Assembly: GCA_017471785.1 (NCBI GenBank)
Contig: JAFURP010000039.1
Location: 6,189 to 70,188, forward strand
DNA: 64,000 bases
Source of the DNA: Clostridia bacterium
GTDB lineage: Bacteria > Bacillota > Clostridia > Christensenellales > Borkfalkiaceae
Direction: 5' to 3'
A program made the translations under genes and the position numbers. Positions 18,218 through 28,800 of the stretch are shown here, piece after piece. The stretch's first letter is position 1. Each line of letters opens with the position of its first letter. The notes under the pieces are model-generated. The model was not told the DNA's origin and ran no database searches. It was given only the letters and a program-made list of their open reading frames with translations.

Positions 18218-19099
18218 ATGGAAATGCGGCTTTTGACGGTAGCCGAGAGATTGAAACAAATCACGGACGGCACGATGCGGTTTTTCAATAATTTCCAAGT
18301 GGTATTCGCTTTGGAAATTTTGTGCTTTTTCATTTTGATATACTACGTATCCAAGGTTTTGCGCGATAACGACGCGACCAAGCTGATGTTCGTTTATTGG
18401 ATTTTGCTTTTGCTTGGCGGCGTGCTGTTCGTATTTGCGGAAGAGCTTGTCGATAAGCGGTTTTTCCTGTTCTACGTCATCTTGATATCGGCGTTTATGC
18501 TCATTTTGTTCAACGTAGAAGTAAAAAAGAGCCTTTGGGACGTACACACGTTGGGTAGAGGCTCGGCGGAGAAGTTGTCGGGTGGCAACGCGGAGATCCG
18601 TCCGCAGGCGGATACGGAAAGATGCATCACCAACGTCATTAAAGCGTTGCAAAATATGTCCAAAAATAACGTGGGCGCGCTCATCGTTCTTTCCAAGGGT
18701 AGCTTGCCCAAGCAGGTTTTACAAAGCGGCGTAGAGATCGACGCGGAAATATCTACTCAGCTGATCGAGGGTATCTTCTTTCCCAAAGCACCCCTGCACG
18801 ACGGGGCTATGATCATTCACGGTCATAAAATACAGGCGGCGGGCTGTTTCTTACCGCTCACCCAAAAGACGAGCTATCCCAAGGACTACGGAACGCGCCA
18901 CCGCGCGGGGATCGGTATCACGGAGGTAGCCAACGTCATTTCCCTCGTCGTTTCGGAGGAAACGGGTATTATTTCCATCATTAAACAGGGCAACGTAACC
19001 CGCTACGCCGATCACGATATGCTCGTGGACGCGCTCAAGGATTACTATTGGCAGGAAATGCCGCTCACGGATAAAAAGAAATCGGGAGGACTGAGATGA
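18218..19099 (+). CDS. cdaA: diadenylate cyclase CdaA (membrane-anchored DAC domain)
   Basis: Three N-terminal TM helices are followed by DAC motifs: GALIVL, PLHDGAMII, AAGCFLPL, GTRHRAGIGITE, VVSEETGIISI. Confidence 0.9.
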   Translation: MEMRLLTVAERLKQITDGTMRFFNNFQVVFALEILCFFILIYYVSKVLRDNDATKLMFVYWILLLLGGVLFVFAEELVDKRFFLFYVILISAFMLILFNVEVKKSLWDVHTLGRGSAEKLSGGNAEIRPQADTERCITNVIKALQNMSKNNVGALIVLSKGSLPKQVLQSGVEIDAEISTQLIEGIFFPKAPLHDGAMIIHGHKIQAAGCFLPLTQKTSYPKDYGTRHRAGIGITEVANVISLVVSEETGIISIIKQGNVTRYADHDMLVDALKDYYWQEMPLTDKKKSGGLR

Positions 19100-19200
19100 A
19101 ATTCGCGGAGTTTTTGAAAAAAGTATTCGTTTCCAAGTTTTGGATCAAAGCAATTTCTCTAATGCTCGCCTTTTTCGTGGTGATCCTACTCAACGTTTGA
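19096..19200 (+). CDS. 34-aa ORF resembling only the N-terminal membrane anchor of CdaR/YbbR (truncated remnant or micro-protein)
   Basis: Not in the ORF track because it is under 60 aa. The ATG overlaps the cdaA stop (ATGA). The product is MKFAEFLKKVFVSKFWIKAISLMLAFFVVILLNV. This resembles the N-terminus and TM helix of CdaR, and the ORF sits at the position cdaR normally occupies. Confidence 0.4.
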   Translation: MKFAEFLKKVFVSKFWIKAISLMLAFFVVILLNV

Positions 19201-19277
19201 TAAAAAGATTTGGGGCAAAGTGAAATATACCGCGCTTAGCGCGTGCCGCTTGGCGGGGTCAAGCGCAAGGAGTTATT

Positions 19278-20600
19278 ATGGGAATTAAAGTATGTAAATT
19301 CGGCGGTACGTCCATGGCAGACGGAAACGTGATCCTTTCCGCCGCAAAGATCGTCAACGCCGACGAGGAACGCCGCTACGTAGTCGTTTCCGCTCCCGGA
19401 AAACGGTTTAGCGGCGATATCAAGGTAACCGATTTGTTGTATCAATGGTCGGACGCGTTCGAAGCAAACGATACCAAAAGCTTTGAGGACGCCTTTGAAA
19501 AGATAAGCGTACGCTTTTTGAATATCGAAAGAGAGATCGGTAAACCGCTCGGCGTGGAAAAGGCACTTGCGGAAATGAAGAAAGCGGTTTTGGACGGCGC
19601 GGGTAGAGATTATTGCGCTTCGCGCGGCGAATTTTTGGCGGCGAAGATCATGGCGGAGGTGCTCGAGGTGCCTTTCGTCGACGCGACCGAATTCGTTCGT
19701 TTCGATAAAGAGGGCGTACTCAGCGAGGAAACCTTTACGTTGGGCGCAAAGGTGCTTTCCAAATATCCGCGAGCGGTTATCCCCGGCTTTTACGGCTTGG
19801 GCGCGGACGGCAAGGTAAAGACCTTCTCGCGCGGCGGCGGCGACATTTCCGGTTCTATCGTGGCACGCTCGGTGATGGCTTCGCTGTATGAAAATTGGAC
19901 GGACGTCAGCGGCTTCTACGCTTGCGATCCGCGTATCGTCAATTCCCCCAAATGGATATCCGAGCTTTCCTATCAAGAGCTTCGCGAGCTTTCGTATATG
20001 GGCGCAAACGTGTTACATAGCGAATCCATATTCCCCGTGAGAAGCGCGGGGATACCCATTCGTATTTGCAACACCTTCCGTCCCGAGGACGCAGGCACGT
20101 ATATCGTAAAGACCTCCAAGCGCGACGTAAGCGAAAACGTGGTGACGGGCGTTGCCGGTAGGAAAGATTTCACCGTAATTTCCTTGGAAAAATCTATGAT
20201 GAACTCGGAGGTCGGCTTCGTTAAGAAGGTACTTGCCGTGATCGATAGACACGGGATTTCTTTCGAGCATTTGCCCTCGGGCGTAGACACCATGTCCCTC
20301 GTGATCGACAACGCGTACCTGAAAAACGGCGCGCTGCAAACCATTATGGAGGAGATGAAAGAGGCGGTACGTCCCGATAGGATCTACGCGCACGAAAACA
20401 TCGCGCTCGTAGCCACCGTAGGGCACGGTATGGCGAAAAACGTCGGTACCTCCGCCCGTCTTTTCAACGCCATTTCCGAAGCGGGCATCAACGTCATTAT
20501 GATCGACCAAGGCTCCAGCGAAATGAACATTATCGTCGGCGTGGAAAACGACGACTGTGCGGCTTGTATCAGCGCGATCTATAACGAATTTTTCAAATAA
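19278..20600 (+). CDS. lysC: aspartate kinase
   Basis: KFGGTSMA at the N-terminus, the amino-acid kinase core, and C-terminal ACT-type repeats (VATVGHGM, INVIMIDQGSSEMNI). Confidence 0.9.
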   Translation: MGIKVCKFGGTSMADGNVILSAAKIVNADEERRYVVVSAPGKRFSGDIKVTDLLYQWSDAFEANDTKSFEDAFEKISVRFLNIEREIGKPLGVEKALAEMKKAVLDGAGRDYCASRGEFLAAKIMAEVLEVPFVDATEFVRFDKEGVLSEETFTLGAKVLSKYPRAVIPGFYGLGADGKVKTFSRGGGDISGSIVARSVMASLYENWTDVSGFYACDPRIVNSPKWISELSYQELRELSYMGANVLHSESIFPVRSAGIPIRICNTFRPEDAGTYIVKTSKRDVSENVVTGVAGRKDFTVISLEKSMMNSEVGFVKKVLAVIDRHGISFEHLPSGVDTMSLVIDNAYLKNGALQTIMEEMKEAVRPDRIYAHENIALVATVGHGMAKNVGTSARLFNAISEAGINVIMIDQGSSEMNIIVGVENDDCAACISAIYNEFFK

Positions 20601-20608
20601 GATAAAAA

Positions 20609-20642
20609 GCTCCGACGGACGAACGCCCGTCGGGCTTATTGT
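20609..20642 (+). terminator. probable rho-independent terminator after lysC
   Basis: CCGACGG / CCGTCGG stem with an 8-nt loop and a weak T-tract (TTATTGT). Confidence 0.45.
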
Positions 20643-20656
20643 ACGGAGAATAAAAA

Positions 20657-21490
20657 ATGCGAGTTTTCAGCGTAGATCTAAAGAAAGAATATAACCGCAA
20701 GGGCGGTAATCTCGAGTGCTATTTGGCAAGCTTGCCGTACGATAACGCGAACGACGCTTGGAAGCGTCCTGCCGTCATCGTCGTCCCCGGCGGCGGTTAC
20801 GGATTTGTCAGCAAGCGCGAGGGCGAGCCCGTTGCGTTGGAGTTTTTGGCAAGAGGCTTCCACGCGTTCGTGTTGACCTATCTTATCGGCGGCGAGAACG
20901 GCGTACCGTACCCCGAACAACTTTTGGAGCTTGCTTCGGCGGTCGATTACGTTAAAAAGCACGCGAAAGAAATGAACGTGAACGAAAAGGAAGTGTTCGT
21001 CGTGGGCTTTTCGGCAGGCGGACACCTTACGGGTGATCTCGCCGTGGAATACGCCGCAGTCTCCGATATGGCGGGGCGGGAGCTCGATTGCAAGCCTACG
21101 GCGGTGGGACTTTGCTATCCCGTGATCTCCAAGATACACGGACACCAAGGCTCTTACGAAAACCTGCTTTACGGTTATTCGGAGGAGGAAAAGAGCAAGC
21201 TATTGAGAAGGCTCAACCTCGATTGGGCGGTTACGAAAGAAACGCCGCCGGCGTTTATTTGGACGACGGCGGGCGATACGTGCGTGCCTCCCGATAACGC
21301 GCTTCGCTTTGCTATGGCGCTCGGCGCTAAGGGTGTACCGTACGAATTACACGTCTATCCCCAAGGCGAGCACGGTAAATCGACGGGGCGCTCGGAGATC
21401 AACGGAGAGGGTGCGGAGCTTAGTCGTATCGTCGCGTGGAACGACGACTGCGCGAGCTTTTTCCGCCTGTTCACCGAAGAAAAGTTCTAA
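20657..21490 (+). CDS. alpha/beta hydrolase (esterase/lipase-like)
   Basis: 277 aa with an oxyanion-type VVPGGGY, the nucleophile elbow GFSAGGH, and a C-terminal acid/His region (GDTCVP, GEHG). Confidence 0.75.
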   Translation: MRVFSVDLKKEYNRKGGNLECYLASLPYDNANDAWKRPAVIVVPGGGYGFVSKREGEPVALEFLARGFHAFVLTYLIGGENGVPYPEQLLELASAVDYVKKHAKEMNVNEKEVFVVGFSAGGHLTGDLAVEYAAVSDMAGRELDCKPTAVGLCYPVISKIHGHQGSYENLLYGYSEEEKSKLLRRLNLDWAVTKETPPAFIWTTAGDTCVPPDNALRFAMALGAKGVPYELHVYPQGEHGKSTGRSEINGEGAELSRIVAWNDDCASFFRLFTEEKF

Positions 21491-21497
21491 GAGAGCA

Positions 21498-21533
21498 AAA
21501 TAAAAGCTCGGCGTATAGCCGAGCTTTTCGTTT
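21498..21533. terminator. bidirectional rho-independent terminator between convergent genes
   Basis: AAAAGCTCGGC-GTATA-GCCGAGCTTTT. An A-tract lies upstream and a T-tract downstream, so it can serve both strands. Confidence 0.7.
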
Positions 21534-21542
21534 ATAGGAAGG

Positions 21543-22517
21543 TTATTCGGAAAATTCCGCCGAAACGAGCTTGTAGGTGAGCGTGCCCAAGCTGTACGAG
21601 ATAGGCGTTTGTATTTCCAGGATCACGTTGCGCCACTCGTTCGTTTTGGGATCACCGTGCGTCGCCACCTTGATCGTTTGCGTAGCCCCGGGGCTGTTGG
21701 CGTCGATGGACAGGCTCACGGGATAATAGCTGATCGTCTTTTCGGTCGCTTCCGTTTCGCCCTTGGTCGTAAATTTGAACTTCTCGCCCTCCACCTTAGA
21801 CCCAAAGCTTGCCTTTATCGATTGTACCGCCTTGGTAAAGGGTGCGTACACCAAAAGCTCGGGCGCCGATTTTTCGCTGGGGTTGATACCGCGAAGCGCG
21901 AATAAAAGCTGTTCGTTATCGAGATAGGTGTAATCGTCGCTGTCCTCGATCTCGAACGCGACGGGGGAGACGTCGTCGTTATCGGCGGCGCGGTTATCCA
22001 CGACGACGCTGCCGTTTACGCCGTTATAGGTTACGTCCACGACGTAATCGTATTTGGTATAGCAATCGTTTACGGTTGCGCCTGCGCCGCTCAGAGGCGA
22101 GTGGCTGACGATCTCCTTGTGCGATTTAATGGGCGCGAGCGTTACGCTCTTTTCAAAATCGACGGAGGTCTTTACGCTGTCCTGTGCCGTAAAGGTCGCG
22201 TCGCCGTAAATATAGGTAACGTCGACGGTAAGCTCCGTTTCGTAACGGTAAAATTCCGTGCCGTCGTCATTGATCAGCGAAAGCTTGGTGGTATATTTAC
22301 CGTTATTGTAATCCAAGGTGTATTCGTCGTCCGAGATACCCGTGCCCGCTTCAAAGGAGACGTTGTATACGAGCGTTTCGACGGAAGCGGTCGCAATACT
22401 CGAATCTCTATACCAATAGTGCTTGAACGAAACCTTATTGTTCGTCTCCGTACAAGCGGCAAAGAGGGTCGTCCCCACGAGTATAGAAGCTATGGAAATA
22501 AGCGTTTTTCTTTTCAT
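21543..22517 (-). CDS. lipoprotein of unknown function
   Basis: 324 aa with a signal peptide and lipobox (LFAAC). The mature part is Thr/Asp/Tyr-rich and looks beta-rich. I recognise no family motif. Confidence 0.7.
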   Translation of the reverse strand: MKRKTLISIASILVGTTLFAACTETNNKVSFKHYWYRDSSIATASVETLVYNVSFEAGTGISDDEYTLDYNNGKYTTKLSLINDDGTEFYRYETELTVDVTYIYGDATFTAQDSVKTSVDFEKSVTLAPIKSHKEIVSHSPLSGAGATVNDCYTKYDYVVDVTYNGVNGSVVVDNRAADNDDVSPVAFEIEDSDDYTYLDNEQLLFALRGINPSEKSAPELLVYAPFTKAVQSIKASFGSKVEGEKFKFTTKGETEATEKTISYYPVSLSIDANSPGATQTIKVATHGDPKTNEWRNVILEIQTPISYSLGTLTYKLVSAEFSE

Positions 22518-22704
22518 TTTGATTTTCCGTTCCTGTTTTTCGATCGAAAATTTATTCTACCGTATTATTATAGCACATAATTTTCAATTTGTAAAAAACA
22601 AAATGGAGATTTCCTGAAAATTCTTGTGAAAAAAAGCTGAAATTTTCCCTCGATATATGGTATAATGGTAAAAAGAAGATATTTAAGGTGCAAAGGAGAG
22701 TCGT

Positions 22705-25700
22705 ATGATAACGATACTCAAAGCCTACACGCTGTCGGAGTGTATGGAAATAACCTCCGAGTACGCGGCGGCGTTCGAGAAGCGCGGCGAAGAAAATTTA
22801 ATCTTTTGCGAGGATAGATTAACGCTCGTTGCCGAGCGTGCCTTGACCCGTCGCACGGGCGGCACGTTCCAATCGTCCGTTTCCACCTTTTCGCGCTATT
22901 TAAGCACGCAGGAGCAAACGCTCAGTAAACAGGGTTCGGTAATGGCGGTTGGCGAAGCTATGACCAAGCTGCAACGCAAAAACGCCCTCCAATGCTTTAC
23001 CTCCGTCGTCGGCGTGGGCAATAACGCGAGAAGTATCTACGAAACGCTCGCACAGCTTGCCGCCTCGGAGATCACGCCCGAGGTTTTGAGCGAGAACCTT
23101 GCTCTTTTGGAGGACGGCGCGTTAAAACGCAAGCTTTCCGATCTTGCCCTTATCTACGCCGAGTACGCGCGGTTTTTGCGCGAAAACGGCTATATGGACG
23201 AAAGTCGCTATCTTTCTCTATTGCCCTCGCGTATTCGCGAGGATACGACGTTGCAGGACAAGAACGTGTTTTTCCTTTGCTATCATTCCTTTACGGCGCA
23301 GGCGGCGCAAACGATCCGCGCGGCGATCGAAACGGCGAAAAACGTCGTAGGCGTATTTTGTGCGGGGGAGGAGGATATTTATTCCAACCAAGCGCTCCGT
23401 ACCTTTACGCGTGTTTGCGACGGATACGGCAAGGTACGCACGCTCGATTTGGGTACGCCTATCGGCGGCGAAGCGGAGGTCTTGCGCCGTGCGCTTTTCA
23501 ATCCCGAGAGCTTTGGTAACGAACGCGTACGAACGGATAAAATAAAAATATTCGAAGCGGAGGATAAGATAGGGGAAGCGGAATACGTGGCGGTGCGGAT
23601 CCGTAAGGCAATGGCGCAAAACGCCGACTTGCATTACCGCGATTTCGCCGTTTTGGTGCCCGATATCGGGGCGTATTCCCTCTCTCTTAAACGGGCGTTG
23701 AGCGAATACGGAATTCCCTATTTTATCGACGAAAAACGCTCGTTGAAAAATCATCCGCTCTCGCGTTTTTTACTCGATTGCTTCCGCGTCGTGCGCGATA
23801 AGTTTTCGCCCGTTGCCGTACAATCTCTTACGCAAAACGTCTTTTTCGGCGACAGCGACGAATACCGCAACTATCTTTTGAAATTCGCCAACTACCGCGG
23901 CGGCGCCAAACGGGAGATCAAAACGGGCGAAGCGGTAGAAGCGCTTTTTGACAGGGAAAAGCTCCTTTCGGGGCGCGAGCGTTTGCTGTTGGCGACCCAA
24001 AATATCCGCGCCAAAGCGCGTGGCAGGGAATATTGTCTTGCCGTCCGCAGGCTCTTAGAGGATTTTGACGTGAGAAAGCAATTAAGCGACTTTGAGGAGG
24101 GGATAGAGGACGTTTCTCAAAAGGGCTATCTTTCGCAAATTTACGCCGCGCTCGAGCGCGTGCTTGCAGAAGCGGAGCTTTTGACGGCGGAGGCGGAAAT
24201 GACGGTCGCGGAATTTGCCTCCGTGCTTAAAGACGGCTTGGACGCGACGGAGATCTCGCTGATCCCCTTAAAGGCGGACGCCGTATTTTTGGGGGATATG
24301 ACGGATAGCCGTATCGAAAAGGTGCATACGCTCTTTGCCGTGGGTATGACGGAGGAGGTGCCGCGTACGGCCGGGGATACCGCGATCGTTTCCGATAAGG
24401 AGATCGAAAAGCTCGTCGAAATAAAGACCCTGCTCGAGCCCACGGTCGCGGAAGTCAATTTGCGTAGCCGCGAAAGTGCCTGCTTAAATCTTTGTACCTT
24501 TATGAACGAATTGCATCTTTCCTACGCGCTTGGCGCGGACGGTAGCGAGCCTGCCGTAAGCGAGATCTTTAGGTACGTCGACGCAAGCTTTTGCAACGCC
24601 GACGGAAAAAATCTTCCGCGCGCGAAAAAGCTTGCCGTGGACGAATTTGCCTACCGTTGCAGCGCGCCGGCGCCCGCCATTCGGCAGCTGCTTATAGAGA
24701 AAAGCGAATACGAGCTTTGTCGCGAGGATACGCGTAAGGAATATTCCTCCCTTTATACCGCACTCGACAAGCTCAGCGTACGGGAAAAGGACGACTATTT
24801 GTCCGAAAGCAAGGGGCAGGTATGCGTTGAACGGGGTGAGGAACTGTTTTTTCACGACGGAAAAATATCGCCCACCGCGCTCGAGGGCTACTTCTCTTGC
24901 CCTTTCCAGAACTTCGTGGAACGTGGCTTACGCTTGAAAAACCGCGAGGAAACGGCAGTTTTGGCGGTGGATTCGGGCAATTTCGTGCACGAGCTGCTGG
25001 AGCGCACCGCGCGCAAGGCGGCGGAGCTCGATACGGAGGAGGAAATGCGTGCGTTTGCGCTTGCGGAGGGCGAAAGGATTATGCAAAGCCCCGTCTACGC
25101 TTCGCAATCGGACACCGCCTCGGGCGAGTTTTTTGCCAAACGGCTGTTGGAAGAGGGCGCGGAGGTGGCGCTCGCGGCGTTCCGTCAGATCAAAAACTCC
25201 GAGTTTATCGTCGAGGAAACGGAAATGAGCGTATCGACGAACGACTTCCACGGCAAGATCGACCGCGTGGATACCACGGATAAATTCGTTCGGGTGATCG
25301 ATTATAAAACGGGATCGATCGACGACAGCGCGCTGTCCTACTATACGGGTAGAAAATTACAAATGCAATTATATATGTCGGCGATCAAAGGCGAGCGCGT
25401 GCCTGCCGGCGTGTTCTATTTTCCCGCTTCCGTCGATTACAGCGACGACGCGGTGGGCAAGTTCCGTATGCGCGGCTTCGTCAACGGCGACGAGGCGGCG
25501 TTGCGTTGCGGCGATAAAAATCTAATCGAAGGCAAGCAAAGCGAATATTTCCCCGCTGCCTTGGGCAACAACCGCAGTAAACGGGTGATGGAGGAACGGG
25601 ATTTCAGGAACTTCCTCGATTACGCGATATTCGTTGCGCGGCAGGGCTGTAAGGAGTTGAAAGAGGGATATATCGCCCCCACGCCGTACGGCGAAAGTTG

Positions 25701-25839
25701 CGGCTATTGCAAATACGGCGGTATGTGCGGTTTTAACCGCGAGCGTTGTACCTCGCGCGTAGAGGAGAGCATCGACCCCACGACGATCGCGGAGATCGCG
25801 CGCCGTGAACGGGACGGAAAGGAGGACGGAAATGAGTGA
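22705..25839 (+). CDS. addB: helicase-exonuclease AddAB subunit AddB (nuclease/Fe-S subunit)
   Basis: 1,044 aa immediately upstream of and overlapping addA. The C-terminal RecB-type nuclease has IDRVD...VIDYKTG, and four Cys residues (CPFQNF ... CGYCKYGGMCGF) fit the AddB 4Fe-4S cluster. Confidence 0.85.
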   Translation: MITILKAYTLSECMEITSEYAAAFEKRGEENLIFCEDRLTLVAERALTRRTGGTFQSSVSTFSRYLSTQEQTLSKQGSVMAVGEAMTKLQRKNALQCFTSVVGVGNNARSIYETLAQLAASEITPEVLSENLALLEDGALKRKLSDLALIYAEYARFLRENGYMDESRYLSLLPSRIREDTTLQDKNVFFLCYHSFTAQAAQTIRAAIETAKNVVGVFCAGEEDIYSNQALRTFTRVCDGYGKVRTLDLGTPIGGEAEVLRRALFNPESFGNERVRTDKIKIFEAEDKIGEAEYVAVRIRKAMAQNADLHYRDFAVLVPDIGAYSLSLKRALSEYGIPYFIDEKRSLKNHPLSRFLLDCFRVVRDKFSPVAVQSLTQNVFFGDSDEYRNYLLKFANYRGGAKREIKTGEAVEALFDREKLLSGRERLLLATQNIRAKARGREYCLAVRRLLEDFDVRKQLSDFEEGIEDVSQKGYLSQIYAALERVLAEAELLTAEAEMTVAEFASVLKDGLDATEISLIPLKADAVFLGDMTDSRIEKVHTLFAVGMTEEVPRTAGDTAIVSDKEIEKLVEIKTLLEPTVAEVNLRSRESACLNLCTFMNELHLSYALGADGSEPAVSEIFRYVDASFCNADGKNLPRAKKLAVDEFAYRCSAPAPAIRQLLIEKSEYELCREDTRKEYSSLYTALDKLSVREKDDYLSESKGQVCVERGEELFFHDGKISPTALEGYFSCPFQNFVERGLRLKNREETAVLAVDSGNFVHELLERTARKAAELDTEEEMRAFALAEGERIMQSPVYASQSDTASGEFFAKRLLEEGAEVALAAFRQIKNSEFIVEETEMSVSTNDFHGKIDRVDTTDKFVRVIDYKTGSIDDSALSYYTGRKLQMQLYMSAIKGERVPAGVFYFPASVDYSDDAVGKFRMRGFVNGDEAALRCGDKNLIEGKQSEYFPAALGNNRSKRVMEERDFRNFLDYAIFVARQGCKELKEGYIAPTPYGESCGYCKYGGMCGFNRERCTSRVEESIDPTTIAEIARRERDGKEDGNE

Positions 25840-28800
25840 TCGCTTTACCAAAGAACAAACCGCCGCGTTGAACGCGGCGGGTAAAACGATCGTTTCCGCT
25901 TCCGCTGGCAGCGGCAAAACGACGGTTATGATAGAAAAGATCATTCGCTTGATCAAGGACGGTTGTTCGGTCAAGGAGATCTTGGCGGTCACCTTCACCA
26001 AAAAGGCGGCTTCGCAAATGAAAGAAAAGCTGTCGAAGGCACTGATAACGGCGATCAACGATCCCGAAACGCCCAAAGCCCGTCGCACGGAACTGAAAAA
26101 ACAGCTGGGAGAAGTGCCCAACGCGGATATTTCCACGATACACTCCTTTTGTTCAAGGCTGATCCGCACAAACTTTTACGCGGCGGGGGTGGATAACGGC
26201 TTCCGCGTCATCAACGGCGACGACGCCGAGGGTGCGGCGCTCAAAAACGAGGCGATCACCGAGCTTTTGGACGAGGGCTACGAGGAAAAGGACGAGGCTT
26301 TTATGCTCCTTTTGGACGTGTATTGGCGCAAAAAGAGCGATAATACCCTGCGGGGGATCCTTTTATCGACGTACGAAGCCTTGCGAAACCGCGCCGATTA
26401 TATTGAATATTTGCAGGGTGCGGACGCGTGTAACGAAAGTACGTTTGACAGTATTTGCGCCGATCTGCACGCGCTTTTGAAGGAAAAGTGCGCCTATTAT
26501 TTGGAACTGGCGGAGGAAGAACGCGCTTATTTCGAAGGGGTGCAGGCAAAGGCGCAGCTTGCGCTATCTACGGAGCTGATCGAAAGCTTGAACGCCGTCT
26601 TAAGGACGGAAAATTATTTCCGGGCTTGCGCGTTGCAAAAAGGAAAATATACCGCCAACCGCACGAGCAAAAAGGATACGCCCGAAAAACTGCTTCACGC
26701 GGAAAAGCTGGGGGAGTTGAAAAAGAAGATCGTAAAAATTTACGACGAGGAATTTGCCGACACCCTCTCTTACGAAGAGGAATTGCAAAACTTCTTGTCG
26801 GCAGGTAGGGTAGCCGCCGCGCTGGGGAAATATATACTCCGTTTCGACGAAAAATACGCCGCGCTGAAAAAGGAACGGGGCGTGCTCGATTACGCCGATT
26901 TGGAGCATAAGGCGCTGGCGCTTTTGAAAGACGAAGAGATCGCAACGGAAACGCGTAAAAAATACCGCTACGTATTCGTGGATGAATATCAAGACGTCAA
27001 CCCCGTGCAGGAGGAGATCGTTTCTCTCGTTGCGGACGAAAACTTGTTTTTGGTGGGCGACGTGAAGCAATCCATTTACGGCTTCCGCGGCAGCAAGTCC
27101 AAGTTTTTCGTGGAAAAGCAAAAGCAATACGAGCGCGGCGAGGGGCAAAGTCTTTTGATGAAACGCAATTTCCGAAGCTCCGACGCCGTACTCGACGCCG
27201 TGAACAAGCAGTTTTCTTTGGCGATGACGCCGAGAAGCTGCGAGGTGGATTACGCCGTCGATTCGTATATGGAGAGAGGGGGCAGGTACGCGGTGAACGA
27301 CGGTAGAGTGCAGGTGCACTTTTTGGGCGAGGAGGAAAAGTCCGAGAAAAACGCCGAGCGCGGTATCTATTCCGTTCGTGAACAGGCGAGCAAGCAGGTG
27401 CGCGAAGAAAGTCTTGCGGCAAGGACTATTCGGCATATTATAGAGCAAGAGAGAAGCTCCAAATGGTACGACCCCGATATCGGGGAATACCGTCGCGTAC
27501 GCTATTCGGATATCGCCGTATTATCCCGTAAAAAGCAGGGGCAGATCGCCAAAACGGTGGCGGCGCTTGCGGCGGAGGGTATACCCGTAACCGCTTCGGC
27601 GGCGGTCAATATTTGCGATTACGCGGAGATAAAAACGCTTATCGATATCCTGTCCCTTTTGGATAACGCGGAGCAGGACGTACCCCTTTGCAGCGCGTTG
27701 CTTTCCGCGATGGGCGATTTTAACGCCGACGAGCTCGTGGATATCCGTTTGGCGTATAAAGCGGAAAAATTTTTCCGCAACGCTTGTAAAAAATACGCGG
27801 CGGAAAAGACGGGCGTGATCGCGCATAAATTGCGTAGATTTTACGATCGGTACGATCGGTTCCGTCGCCTCTCGTGCGTGATGGACGCAGGGGAATTGTT
27901 GATCAAGCTCGTGTCCGATTTTCGTATGGAGGCGCGGCTGTTGTCCCGCGACAACGGGGTTTCCTGCTTGAAGCGTATCCATCGTTTTATCGAGGAAGCG
28001 TATACGCCCGAGCCGCTTTGCGTGCACGAATTTTTAGAGCGCTTGCGCGATTTGGATCATAAGATCGAGTTTAGCGAAAACGGCGGCGAGGATTCGGTTC
28101 GTATCCTTACGATGCATTCCTCCAAGGGCTTGGAATACCCCGTCGTGATCTTGGATAATTTGAACGCGCCCTTCCGCGGCGTAGTCTACGACGAGGTGTT
28201 CGCGGAGGAAAAATACGCGCTAGCGCCGCGTGCGTACGATAGGGAAAAAATGACCAAGCGCGAAACGCTGCTTCGGCGTTTACATCAACGCCGCGAAGCG
28301 GCAAGCGGTCGTGCGGACGAACTGAATTTGTATTACGTAGCCCTTACGCGCGCGAAATATTCCCTGCATATGGTGTTCAAGGAAAAGACGGCTTTTCCCG
28401 ACGTGCGTTACGCCCGATCGTTTGCCGATTTTACCGACTTTTCCGTTTGGGAAAACTACGAGGTCAAGGACGAGATATTCGATATCCCCAAGCAGGAGCG
28501 CACCGCGCTTGCCTTCCGTCCCGACGAAGCGCTCGCAAAGGAGATCATGGACGCGTTTTTATGGCAATACGCGCATAGCGGCTATGAAAATTTACCCGTC
28601 AAAAGCTCCGCGACCGCGTTGCTTTCGAGCGCGCATACCGTTTTGCAAGCGGAAACGGCTGCGCCCGTTCTCGACGAGGTGGAGGATTACGCGGCGGGCG
28701 GTACGAGCAAGGAAGCCGGTATCGCCTACCACGCCTTTTTGGAAAAATTCGATTTTTCTCAACTCTACGACGGAGAGGGCAACGCCGTGGATCGCGCGAC

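Noticed and set aside
19201-19277. A lysine riboswitch (L-box) upstream of lysC.
   Set aside because: The whole gap is 77 nt, far shorter than an L-box (~180 nt), and contains only a short GC-rich palindrome.
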